A DNA stretch of 64,000 bases, from NCBI GenBank assembly GCA_023213395.1, contig CM041465.1, positions 232,569,741-232,633,740 on the forward strand, read 5' to 3'. Shown one piece after another: positions 40,228-52,151 of the stretch. Numbering within the stretch: the stretch's first letter is position 1; each line of letters begins with the position of its first letter. Source of the stretch: Cycas panzhihuaensis (lineage: Eukaryota; Plantae; Cycadophyta). The position numbers and the translations under genes were made by a program. Under the pieces are notes generated by a model. It was not told where the DNA came from, made no database searches, and saw only the letters and a list, made by a program, of their open reading frames with translations.

Positions 40228-41252
40228 ATAATGTCCAACTCAGTCACCCTTCAGACACCTTGACCACCTTGGACCAAATTCATCATCACTCTAAAATCGA
40301 TTGATCAAGGATCATATCATTCCTTGTTGATGTGACACGTCAAGCTTAGATACCACAACACAAATTCTAGTGGAGAATAACTTTATGTGCTAGCGAGAAT
40401 GTTGACATATTCGCCAAATACCACCATAATCGCCTTGATCGTCAAATAGTAGCAAGGCTTTCGTTTGCCTACCAAAGCTTAACTTGATAACATGTGTAAC
40501 AAAGCCATGCCATGGAGATGTAGTCGATACAAACCAAGCACAATCTCTCATCATATACGTCACCCACTTTAGCAATCTCGAGCATGGTGAAACAGGATGA
40601 GAGAGGTAGTGAAAGCATTTGGCAATAATCTCGAGAAGTTCTACACCAACTTGCCAATATAATGCACAATGGGCAAACAACTTCCTAATGAATGATAACA
40701 TAAACATTGTGGATACAAATGTCACTAATTTCAAATGTTTCATTAATGATCTAACAAAATTGTTGAAGTTTGAGAAACCATCAGACTATATTCATGGTCT
40801 TAAGCCTAGTTCCAAAGCCCATTGACTAGGGCTGACCCGTCAACCATCAAATATAAATCACTTACACTTGCATGGCGACGAATTCGTCGATCCTTGAAGA
40901 GTTGATTTATCGATCCACAATGTAAGATGCACTTGCGTTAAAGAGTTGACATTATGTGGAGCCGTTGTTGATTCGTAAAGTGGTAATTTTGTTGACTTGC
41001 AATGAAAATTGCAACATCACATGGAAGAGTTGACATCATATGATGTCGTTGCTATGAAATAAGCTGCTAATGCTATTGGAAGATCGTGGATCAACTCACA
41101 ATAATATACCCCATTATTGACCTATTGATCTACCACTAAATTCAGTAAATGCCAAACACAAATTGACTATTGGGACATTGGTCTAATGATATCACAAGCT
41201 GCCAGGTGAATCAAGCCGATCAACTATTTTGTAAGCTAGTAAACAAATATTG

Positions 41253-41590
41253 TGAGCCATGACAAGTCTGTGCTACACCACAAGTCATAAATGCTTAGCA
41301 TGTCATAAATGTCACAGTTGTAGACTATTCACTAGTCAACACTGATCACATCCATTCACACCTCTAATAATCATTGCAAAAATGTCAACCAATAATCATA
41401 TTGGTGTTGTACGAGTATTCTGAGCCACAATTAATTTGTGCCACACCATGAGTTAGAAATGCTCACCATATCATAAATCTCAAGGCTACAGAATATCTGC
41501 CAATGAACATCAATCACAACCATGCACACCTTTGACAATCATTGGAAGAATGCTAATCAACGGTTATATTGATGCTATCCCAATCAACGA
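41253..41590. repeat. Diverged 168-bp tandem duplication followed by a 27-bp duplication, in unassigned old sequence
   Basis: TGAGCCA...CACACC...AATCATTG units starting at 41253 and 41421. Confidence 0.6.
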
Positions 41591-42070
41591 TTATATTGAT
41601 GCTATCCATATTGACTCCATAGTGATCCAAACACAACTGTTGATCCAAACCACAATGGCAAGTGATTGAATGAACAACTGAGATGCACTTAATCACATCC
41701 CAACAACACCATAACCTCATCTTTGAACAATGTAGACCACCACTATAACAAAGCAATATCTCCAACCCAACAATGGATGAGCACCTGGCAAAGCACACAT
41801 GTGTGATGCCTATCCTCAATGCTGATCCACTAAAGCACCATATTAATGATCACAAAGTGACTGAAACTACGAGTTCAACAATCCATGAGACAATATCCCC
41901 TTGGAACTAGTATCTGATTATCATAGCTCTGCCTTGAGCAAAAGCAGTCCTCAAATTGGCAAACTCATCGGCTCCAAGACTACATTGGCAAATGATGTGA
42001 CAAAATTCATTGTTTGAAAAACTCTAAGATAGGTCTGTAGCTTCTTGGAAGAGAGATTTGAGATTCATAC

Positions 42071-42392
42071 TGTAACAGACCGTTACACCAAAACCCCGAG
42101 GTGTTAGTGAAGAGGGCCCCCCACCAAGTAGACCATTACCTCCCCCAAGGTCAAACGGGCTAGCCCCGCCTAGCCCCGCTTTCATCGACATTCATGCGCC
42201 CCACAAGCCCCGGTTACGACGACGTTTTGCGCATCGGCGATGTTTGGCGCGTCACCCCACTGCCCCCATAAGCGGTGTTGCCCCCACGGGATTTGAACCC
42301 GGGTCTTGGCTCTGATACCACTTGTAACGAACCGTTATACCAAAACCCCGGGGTGTTAGTGAAGAGGGCCCTCCACCAAGTAGACCATTACC
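42071..42392 (-). mobile_element. TRIM (terminal-repeat retrotransposon in miniature), 322 bp, non-coding GC-rich core
   Basis: 70-bp direct repeats 42071-42140 and 42323-42392 (5 transitions); iMet PBS 42309-42320; PPT GGGGGAGG at ~42139-42146; tRNA T-arm-like CGGGTTCAAATCCCG after the PBS. Confidence 0.93.
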
Positions 42393-42395
42393 GCA

Positions 42396-44498
42396 TGTTA
42401 TGATCCTCCACCATATGAGGTTACTCGTATTGCATTTATCTCACATGCGTAAGTCTAAGAGATGGGCAACCTTAATAGTGCCATATATATGTATGTAATG
42501 TATAAGGAGATCACATGATGGATTTTGTAATCTCATGTAAATGAATGTTCTTTGGAGCTTAATCTTCTTCTTTATCTTTTATCTGTCATTTTCTATTTCT
42601 ATTTCTCTATGTTGAATGGTAACAAGAATAGGTTCGTTACAATTGGTATCAGAGCGACAATCTTGGAGGTGTCATCAAGGGTTTGAAAGCATCTTTGAGA
42701 GAATAAACGTTAAAAATTCTAAAAAGTAATGGCGAATTTGAGATGAAATGGCTCATTCTATAAAATTTGAGTGGTTGTACTATAGATTTTGGGGTGGAAT
42801 TGCGAAAATTGCAGCAAAATTAATTTCGGCTTGCTTTTTTTCCGTCACCGTAATTCTAGGACAGATCTGCAACCTTAACTTCAAAGAGCCATAACTTTTG
42901 CTACTGGTATCCAAATGATCTCAATTTTTTTTTGATTCTGTGTGTTTTTGAATTTACTTTCCAATGGAAGTGGTTTGAGGCTCCTCAGAGTTCAGAGTAA
43001 AAAGTTATTAGCATTTTATCAGCAAGTACTATTTCAACCTATAAAAACCCTAACAGTGAAATTCTTAAAAGGGGCATAACGTTTGATCTAGATATTAGAA
43101 TTCAATTTCGTTTGTACTGTTGGAATTGTATTTTAGAGGCTGTCATCGTATTGCATATTTTATATATTTTTGAGCTATATATATTTTTTAAAAATAATTT
43201 TTTTCAAATTAAGTGTTTCATATTATATTTTCTTAGCCATTAAGACTGTGGTCTCAAAACCATTGCTCGTGAGGCCCAATATATAATTTTGTATCAAAAT
43301 TAGGGGATAACAGGCTATAGACACCCCTAATCTCTCCTATATCCACATTATCATGGCTACAAAAAGGCCCATACCACACATCTTTAATGCAGATGGGACT
43401 CTTTCTGTAAAAGATTGGGTTAAAGATATGGATGTATATTTAAAATCACTTGATGATAACTACATGCACAATGAGGAGATGACTAAAGTAGCCTCATTAC
43501 ATCTACAAGGAGAGGCTTATCTTTGTTTTAAAGAATGGTATAACCCAGATCATCTCTTTAATACATTTTATTGGCTAGCACTAGCTTTCCGTAAGAAATA
43601 TAATGATTCGTGGTGGAAAGAGATGCAAAGTCTTGAACAAAACAAACAAGAAGCATGGCAAATACTTGAGAAGTATAATCGCACTGTGGGACAAGGAATT
43701 CTTCTGACTCCACAAAGTCAAGAACAAAAGAAAGATTATGAGGAATGTCAAGAGCAGGTAACAGAAGTTGTTTGTCATCGCACACCACCGACTGCACCCA
43801 AGGACAAGGAAGAAAAAACATCACCAATAATGGAAAGACAAGCTAAAGAGCAAGTAACAGAAGTTATTTGCCACCCCACACCATCTGTGGCACCTAAGGA
43901 TAAGAAACAAAAGGCATCACAAATAGTTGAAAGTCAAACTAAAGTAGAACCATATCGGCATCCACATTATCAGGAGGTCCAACGCAACAAAACTTATCAA
44001 GCAAGGCATTCATCTACTACAAACACCAGGAAATAACAACATTCGAGCTTATGGTTTCAACATTACAGATATCCAGAGTATATTAGAGGATATTCAGGGC
44101 GTATCAAGATCAACTTGGGATGGATAGATCCCTATTCCATGCACAACTTTTCTGCCAACATTCGTAAGAGCTATCGATTGAAGAATAATAACAAGAGATG
44201 GTCATTAAATCATGATGCTTCGAGGGCGAAGCATTTTTAGGGGGGAGGGCATGTTATGATCTTCCACCATATGAGGTTACTCGTATTGCATTTATCCCAC
44301 ATGCATAAGTCTAAGAGATGGGCAGCCTTAATAGCGCCATATATATGTATGTAATGTATAAGGAGATCATCATGATGTATTTTGTAATCTTATGTTAATG
44401 AATGTTCTTTGGAACTTAATCTTCTTCTTTATCTTTTATCTATCATTTTCTATTTCTATTTCTCTATGTTGAATGCTAACAGGAATAGGTTCGTTACA
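42396..44498 (+). mobile_element. Non-autonomous gag-only gypsy-type LTR element (TR-GAG-like), 2103 bp
   Basis: LTRs 42396-42641 and 44252-44498 (~94-95% identical); PBS 42644-42655; PPT AGGGGGGAGGG 44239-44249; no pol. Confidence 0.93.
43353..44240 (+). CDS. gypsy-type gag N-terminus plus 2x32-aa repeat and unrelated tail; 227 aa to TAA 44034-44036, then open in frame to TAG 44238-44240 at the PPT
   Basis: FNADG...DWVKDMDVY...KVASLHLQGEA matches the retrotransposon gag capsid pattern; hand translation past the TAA stays open for 67 codons. Confidence 0.75.
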
Positions 44499-47400
44499 CA
44501 TACTTCTTGGGCTTCTATTGTACTTTGCTACTTTGATCACTAGCATTGAGCCCCTAAAAACTTGCAACTGGTTGATCTTTGCTTCCACATCCTGAGTTAA
44601 TTCCAAGACGAGGCCCATGAATTTCGCTTTGTTGTTTGACCTCACTCCTAATCCTTTAACATAGTCCAAAATGGTGTTCCTCCAGTGGTCCCTAAGAGAT
44701 TTCCATAGTCCAATAGATTCAGTATCATGCTTAGAAGCGCCATCGAAAAATAATTGATAGTAATCTCTACTGTACTTAAGTTATCTGATAGAATTGTCCT
44801 TATAGATTGGATGATTTTCCATTGTGATTCCAAATTCTCTGGTCGTATTTACTTTGCCCTTACCCAAGGGGCGAGAGGAATGAATCACAAATTCCTAAGC
44901 ATGAGCCAGTAACTTCAGTTGGGCTTCGATACACATCCAACAAGTCGTTGTTGAAGGGGATTTGTCTTGAAATATAGACTCATTTCGGGTTAGCCAAATA
45001 AACCAATAAATGAGATAGGGAAATAATATCCAAATCTTCCCAAGCACTTGCGATTTGCCCCAAAGTTGAAAAGGCTATTTGCCCTCCTAGCTTGGCATTA
45101 TATGCTCGAGCTTAGGGTCATTTGCATCCAAGGAGGGTCTACACTTCAATATCCTGCAGACTTGATCCCAAACAACCTTGGAAAAAAGGGCATTTCATAA
45201 ATAGATGGTGTACTTTCCACACTTTGTTTACATAATACACACAATGTTGGGTTAAATATCCCTCTTTTTTGCAAATTCTCAGAGGTTAGTATGGTTTTGC
45301 GCATGACTATCCGTATGAAGTGATCTATTTTTTGAATCGATGGGTGCTCCGAATGTTGCTTCCATTTAGATGTCAACTCATGATTTTAGGAGTAGTTTCC
45401 CTTATATACACTTTTATATGTAGTCTAGAAGGAATACGAACCAGGCCTAGAGAATGAACCCCACATGAATCCATCTTGAAATTCTTGTATTCTTCATGAA
45501 TATTAGAAGGGAGATGTTGCTAATCTTCCACCCCTTTAAATGTCCAAGGAGACTTGTCCTTGGGATCTTTTTTGAAGAGACTACATACTTTGGTGAACTC
45601 TCTCCTAGTGAACCATAGTTATAGGTTGCAAACCTCTTCAAAGCTAGATAATGGTTCCATACCTTGGATTGGGTCACGTCAAACATTCGCCTTTTCCCCT
45701 ATAGCCACTTGCCACGAAATTCTTGTATTAAATATATCAATGCTTTCTTGGACTAGCTTCCATACTGGGGATCCAGTCTTGCAAATCCTTGAGTTTTGGT
45801 TTAGAATAGATTTAGGTTGCCCTCTTAAATATTTGTTAGTGGTAATCAAGGTAAACCATGAATTTGGATCTCAAAGCATGCACCATATTATCTTACATCC
45901 AAACAGTTGGGGGATGCACGAGAATAGCCTCATATCTAAACCTCCAAGCTCCTTTGATTCGCACTTGACAAGATGGAATTTCTTTTGCCTAGGGTCACAG
46001 GCATCTCTCCACAAAAATGTTCGAATTAACTTCTCCATCTATTCTGTAACACCTGTGGGCGTGAGGCTTAATGACAATAGGTAAATTGGGATGGAGGAAA
46101 GCACTACTTTCATCAAAACCACCCTTCTTGCAAATGATAACCATCTAAATGACTAGGATTGAATTCTCTACTCAATTTGATGCAACACCAACTTCCACTT
46201 TGTTGATCCTTGTCTCCTAAGGCTGATAGGAAGATCGAGATATATAAAGAAGTTATCTCTTTCACTGATGTGGGAGCCAAAGCCCTAGTTCAACATTCGT
46301 GTTAACACATTGGAGCAATGAAGTGTCATGAGCTTAGATTTAATGTAATTTATCTTGCCTCCAGATGCTAAACAGAACCTATCCAGGATTGTTGTGATTC
46401 TTATTACTTTAGGAACAGAGGCAAATGCAAATATTAGGACATCATCATTATACTAGGTGTGAGTGATGTTTTCTAGAGATGAAGTTATAGTTGCCCTACT
46501 CTTTACCTCTTGGTTGCGTGCACTAGATAGTGACCCGCTTAAGGCTTTTGCCATCAACATATACAAGGCATGCAAGAGGGGACATCCTTTCCTGTTGCCC
46601 CTTGAGGGTCTAAAGAACTCTGTAGGGGACCTATTCACCAGAACTGCATATGAGCAGGTGCTCACACACCCTTCTATCTAGTGAATCTAATCTTTATGAA
46701 ATCCCAGTTTGGTTATGCTTCTTGACAAAAGACCCCAACGGAGGTGATCAAAAGCATTAGTGAAATCAAGCTTAGGCGTCATCAATATCCTTCGTGAAGA
46801 TTGCCCTGAGCGAATTGCCTTGTACACTATGATGACTTGATCAAGTATCTGTTTGATCTTCGTTGTCCCTCCTTGTTCACCTGATATGATATTAGGCAAT
46901 ATTTCTTGGATCCTAGTGGCCATAACTTTGGAAAACATCTTATATAAATTATTACGTAAGGATATGGATCTAAATCTTTCCAAATTGGAATCTTGATTCT
47001 CCTTTGGGATCAACACTATGAGAGTGGCATTCAAGGCTTTTGGCATCTTACTTGATCTTCTTGATTCGTCGACCATTTGAAGCAAATCCTCCTTCATAAT
47101 GTCCCAAGTTGCTTGGTAGAAGTTGGCATGTAGTCCATCCATGCTAGGGGATTTATCTAGGTGTAGTCCAAAAATTACTTGGTGTAGCTACTCTATAGTG
47201 ACTGGTTTGATAAGATTCACGTTCACTCCACATCACGTCTTGTTCATCCTTTCAATCGACTTGATCTTCTTTTAATAAGGTGGCAAATTGGTCCCTTGCT
47301 AATTCACGAAGTGCTTCTTTTGTGCATGCAATGGTCCCCCTAACAGTCTTCAATTCTACTATTCTATTCTCTATTTGATGGGCTTTGTGCGCCTTGTGAG

Positions 47401-50049
47401 AGAAGCATGAGTTAGTGTCTTCTAACTTAACAGAGAGCTTATGAGATCTTAGCCTTGCTACAACATCATTCTCCTTCTCCATTGTTTCTAATCTTGTGAT
47501 CAAGTGCACTTCTTTCTATCTAATGGCAGGAGTATCTTACCCGACATTCATCCTATCATTATATGCTTTAAGCATGCCCATGACCTTTTGCTACTCCTGC
47601 TTAGTCTGATTCATGACATTCGTTGTGAAGCCTTGAGCTTAATTTTGATGAACTTCACCTGGAGTGAAAAACAAAGATCTTGGTGCTCGAGAATTGAGTC
47701 TTTAACCACCATTTCTTGGATGAGGGGCAAGAATTCCTTGCGCTTAGTCATTGTTGGATTAAACTTGAAATGAGAAGATCTAAAGTTGAGGAGCTTCCAT
47801 CCTTAATAGGACGAGGGCGTGGTCAGATTGACTTCTTGATTGGATGCTAGCTTCTACATCTGTTGTTTCTGCTATAGATTTGAAAACTAGGAACCTGGCT
47901 AGCCTTTTAAGAATTAGGGATTGTTTGTACCTCCTATTAGAGCATGAAAACATCCCATTAGCTATTTCAATGTCCACAAGTTTGCTCTCTTCCATCATGT
48001 TAGCAACTAATCCTACATTAGGATTCAAGAGAGAATGCTCATCAAGTTTCTCTTTGGGATGCAATATTAAATTGAAATTGCCTCCTACTATATAGTTTTG
48101 GATATGCTTGGCATTCCCATCTTGTGTGACCTCATTCCAACACTCTCTTGCTAAAGAGGGGTGATTTGGCCAATATACGTTTGTAACATTAAATATTGTG
48201 TCAAATCCCAACACCTGAAACTTGCATTTGATTCAATTCTCACACTTGACCATACCTATCATCTGGAGTGATCTATTGTTTCGTATGGTGGCATTACCTT
48301 TAGATTGTCCCCGAGCACCAACACTCTCAATGGAATAACTTCTACCTTTCCAAGTATGATTCCAATTTATAGATTCCTTTTCAGACAACTTGGTCTCTTG
48401 AAGAAGAAGAACATCATGGTTCCACTCCTTGATTTGTTCCATTAGAGTTTGTTTTGTTGAGGATGAATCCAAACCTCTCACATTCCATGATATGATAATC
48501 ATCTCCTTCCCTGGCAGGAGAGAATTTTCCCAACCTTAGTGACTCTTTCATTGACATTCAAGTTCTCAACCATCTGGTTGTCCAAGGTGAGCTTATTGTT
48601 GAATATACACAATTGGGATTGAGTACCACTTTTGACTCCTTTCGTTGGCTCCTTGTGATGGGTTTCCTTATTTGTTGCCTTGCCTTGCTTCCTCTTCTTA
48701 GTCTCCCCGCAGTCCATGTTAGCCTCATTAATTGACATCGACTCTATGCATTTCAAAGTCCTTGACATCCCCTCTGCAACGTGCTTGGTGGTGGTTACAC
48801 CTTTGAGCGAATCTTCCTTGACCATGCCTTCTACAACTATGCCTAGATTTTGCATATTTGGCACCGAATCAACATCTTATGAAGCATCACTCGAACAAAA
48901 GGATGGTGCTGGATTGGTTTGGTTGTCCTTGTTTTGACCGTTGGCCTCTTCTTTAGTCCCATCCCCACTTTCTAGTGGTCATTGTGCCTGGGTAGCGAGT
49001 GGTTCGAGCTCATGGCACTCACTACCCATGGACTCATCGAATCTAGATAATGCTTGAAACTTATTGGATACCCCTTGGTTCTACCTTGGCCCATAATCGC
49101 CTAACCCATTTTGAATTGATATTTCTTCAAAGTAAGGACAAGGCCCTCATCTTTCCTAGGATCTATTGATGATTTGGGATTAGAACCCTTCTTAGGACAT
49201 TCAAGCACAAACTGCCCATGTTAGTGGCAACAACCACACTTCTACAAGACTTGTTCATAATTTAAATCTTGTATCTAGGAACAATCATCCATGATGATTT
49301 TAACCTGTCCAAGGTGGTCATCAGACACATCTATCTTAACATAAATGCATGTGAGAGGTTTGGCCCTCTGTTAGGTGGTTACCTTTGTTGTCCTTAAAAG
49401 TTGCCCAGTGGATAATCCAATAGCCTCAAAGGATTTCTTGCTTCACAAATGTAAGGGAAGGAAAGGGAACTTAACCCACACAAGGATGGTGTTTGGAGTT
49501 TCTTGCCTTGAGTCATAGGATGGGTACCAATACTTCATAAATTGTCCACTATTTCAAAGATTATGTCCTTATCGTGAGTGCTTTAAAATATAACAACAAA
49601 GAATCCACAACCCACGTTATAGGCCTTGGGTCCCTGAGAGATATGAGTAATCCATTTGGCACGAATCCATGAGTTAAACCCTTTCGGAGATGGCTAGAGA
49701 TTTAAAAATCGACAAATCTTTCCTCCCACAGATAGGGAACCAAAAACCTCAGAGAACAAACTTGTGTCAAGCACAATGCAAGAATTGCTCAACTTGCGCT
49801 TGACATGGGCGCCTCGAGTGATGGGCCACTTCTTCCCCCTTATTGCCTGATTAGGATGCAGGGGCAGGGAGTCACCCTCCCAGTGTGAGGGTGAACTTGG
49901 TGCAGCCATCGACATAAACCAGATTAAAACCCTCCCAACAAACAAACAACAACCACCTACATCCACTAGCTCTTTTCTTTCCTCCCCTTAAATTTTGCTC
50001 GAAATGCATTAGAAGGTTCTCCTTCATTATTATTTCTTAATAATTGTTC

Positions 50050-52151
50050 ATGTTATAGTAGTAGACCTTCCAAATCATTAAAGGTGATAGTGTTGAGTTT
50101 ATTTATCATCATAAAAATCGTGACACAACTTTCATATCTTGGGCAAACTCTTTAGAACTGAGATAGTCATCTCCCTATTGGTGCCAAAATTGTCAATGGT
50201 ACTCAATTGATTTCCGATACCCTTGACTTGTTGAATATGGTTAATTATAGATTCGGTCAACTTTTGACTGTACAATTGATTTCTCAGCATCATGGCCCAC
50301 GTATCACTCTTAGTTTCAAAGAAAGAAAGTATTGTGTCCTTGGTTTCTTTAGGTGTCAAGGCATTTGAAACATGTCTTATAAGTTGCCATTAATTGACAA
50401 ATTGCTAGTCCCTGGTGCCACTCTATCCTTAACATTGACTTTTGCGTAAGCAACAACATTTGTGACATCTTTGACAACTTTCCCTTCAACATGTTGCTAT
50501 AGACCATTCATCATTAATTAAAACATTTCTACTCAACATTTTTTGAAAAGCTAAAAGACACACCACAATACACGAAAACACCACACAGGGCATTAAATTA
50601 TTTGAGTATACCACCAAAAATTTACCTTTTTAAATGAATATCTTATGTTTTTGGTCTATGGTCACCACATAAAGCAGCAAAATGAGCAACAAATTGTCAA
50701 TCACCACATAGGGTGTTGGAAATTCACTAAGTGATCACTCTAAAGGATGGTTGTGTTTTCAGAATTTCAAAATGATAACCTATGGGGCTAGAAGTGGTCT
50801 TAGTACTTTTTCTCTGTAAGTACAACTAGGGGCTAAATTCTTCGGGATTAAAAAATTGGACTCCAAAATATATATAAAATGATTTAATTAATTAAACATA
50901 TACTTTGGAAAAAATGAAAATTTGAAAAATAGCTTGTCAATTTAAACTTGGCAAATTGGAGCAATTCCTATAGCTTCAAAATTCATATTTGAGTTTAAGT
51001 TTTTAGTTGGAATCTAGTTGATGTGGTCCTATGCTTCTTTTCAAAGCATCTTCATCTTTAACGAGAGATTTCATAGCTCAATTTTCTCACTTTGCTTTGC
51101 AATGGTGGTGGCCAAATAGACATTCAATGGATACCTTTCATTTGCTTTTGAATTCAAACTTTGGCTTTGTGGCATCTTAGCTCGTGATTTCTCTCCTTTA
51201 GGGGATCTTCATGTCTCATCGCAACATTTTAGATGGTATTTCCTCCTGCCAAGCAACTCTCTTTCAACATGGAGAGTAGGGCCCTAGGCTCTTAATGTTT
51301 CTGTTTGCCTTTTGTGGGTGTTCCTTCCCTTTGGGAGTAATTATTTTCTCTGGTTCATGGATTTCAACCTCTAACTTATGAGCCTCTCTTTTCTTTGTTT
51401 GAAGATTTGACTTTGTATGGGTTTGCCTTAGCTTGTGGTTTCCTTTGACTCCACCATAGTGTCCTTTTCATGGGTCTTAGCAATCTCACCTAGGACTTCT
51501 TTGTTTAGGCTTTTCAAAAATTTCTAATGTCTATAATTTCTCCAACACTTTCTTTAGGCATAATAGCTTCACAAATATTTCCTTGGGGCTTGCAATTCCA
51601 TTGCTACTTCATAACTTCTCTAGTGAATTCTTCCTGAAACAAAATCTTTAGTTCCAAATTCATTTTTTGAATTTAAGAAATCAACACAATAACTTTGCAA
51701 ACTTTTAACAATTGTGTTCCACAAAATTTCTAACTCCATGAAGGATTCTGGGATCATCAAACTAACTCTCCTCTTATGGGAACTTGGCTTTGATACCAAA
51801 TGTGAGAAAAATACGAGTCAAGGATAGAATTGTAACACAAACATTTCTTAGGTAGAATTAGTCTACCTTAAAGTTTTTTCCATCATTCAACAAGAACTTT
51901 GAATGTATGTATAATATCGGGTACATGTATTAGTACAACTTGATATTAATAACTATGCATTAGACTAGTAATTGCCCTGACGCATGTCACTTGCCCACTG
52001 AGGACTTTGTAAGTACTGTGGACACACCATACATTGAGTGTTGACTTATGTGCCTCACCTAGATAACTCTTAGGGCATACTAGGATTACGACATTAAGTT
52101 ATGACCCTAAGCTGTACCCTAATATTAATAATGTAAACATTAATTCTAACA
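50050..52151 (-). mobile_element. Copia 5' fragment: LTR 51801-52151, PBS 51787-51798, long leader, decayed gag (50050-50530)
   Basis: GCTTTGATACCA next to a TG...CA LTR; gag-like MMLRNQLYSQKL...ISVLKSLP. Confidence 0.75.

Larger units (their letters stand above)
41880..49990 (-). mobile_element. Near full-length decayed L1-clade LINE with ORF1 (DUF4283/zf-CCHC-like) and ORF2 (EN, RT, zf-RVT, RNase H); RNase H split by the 42071-44498 insertion
   Basis: ORF1 LVWVKFPFLPL and CGCCH.HG...C; ORF2 MIIISWNVRGL, LLQETK, GGNFN, SDH, DGLHANFYQATW, KLDFTNAFD; RNase H ...SNNKAKF...GSMLVI...HIICQCSLGADEFAN; ends approximate. Confidence 0.92.

Noticed and set aside
38050-41850. Old unassigned sequence flanking the gag-only copia element, possibly once coding (168-bp = 56-codon repeat)
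   Set aside because: No protein motif recognisable by eye; needs a frameshift-aware search
42281-42320. tRNA gene or tRNA-derived SINE
   Set aside because: Only a T-arm-like piece next to a PBS inside a TRIM; no cloverleaf and no SINE tail
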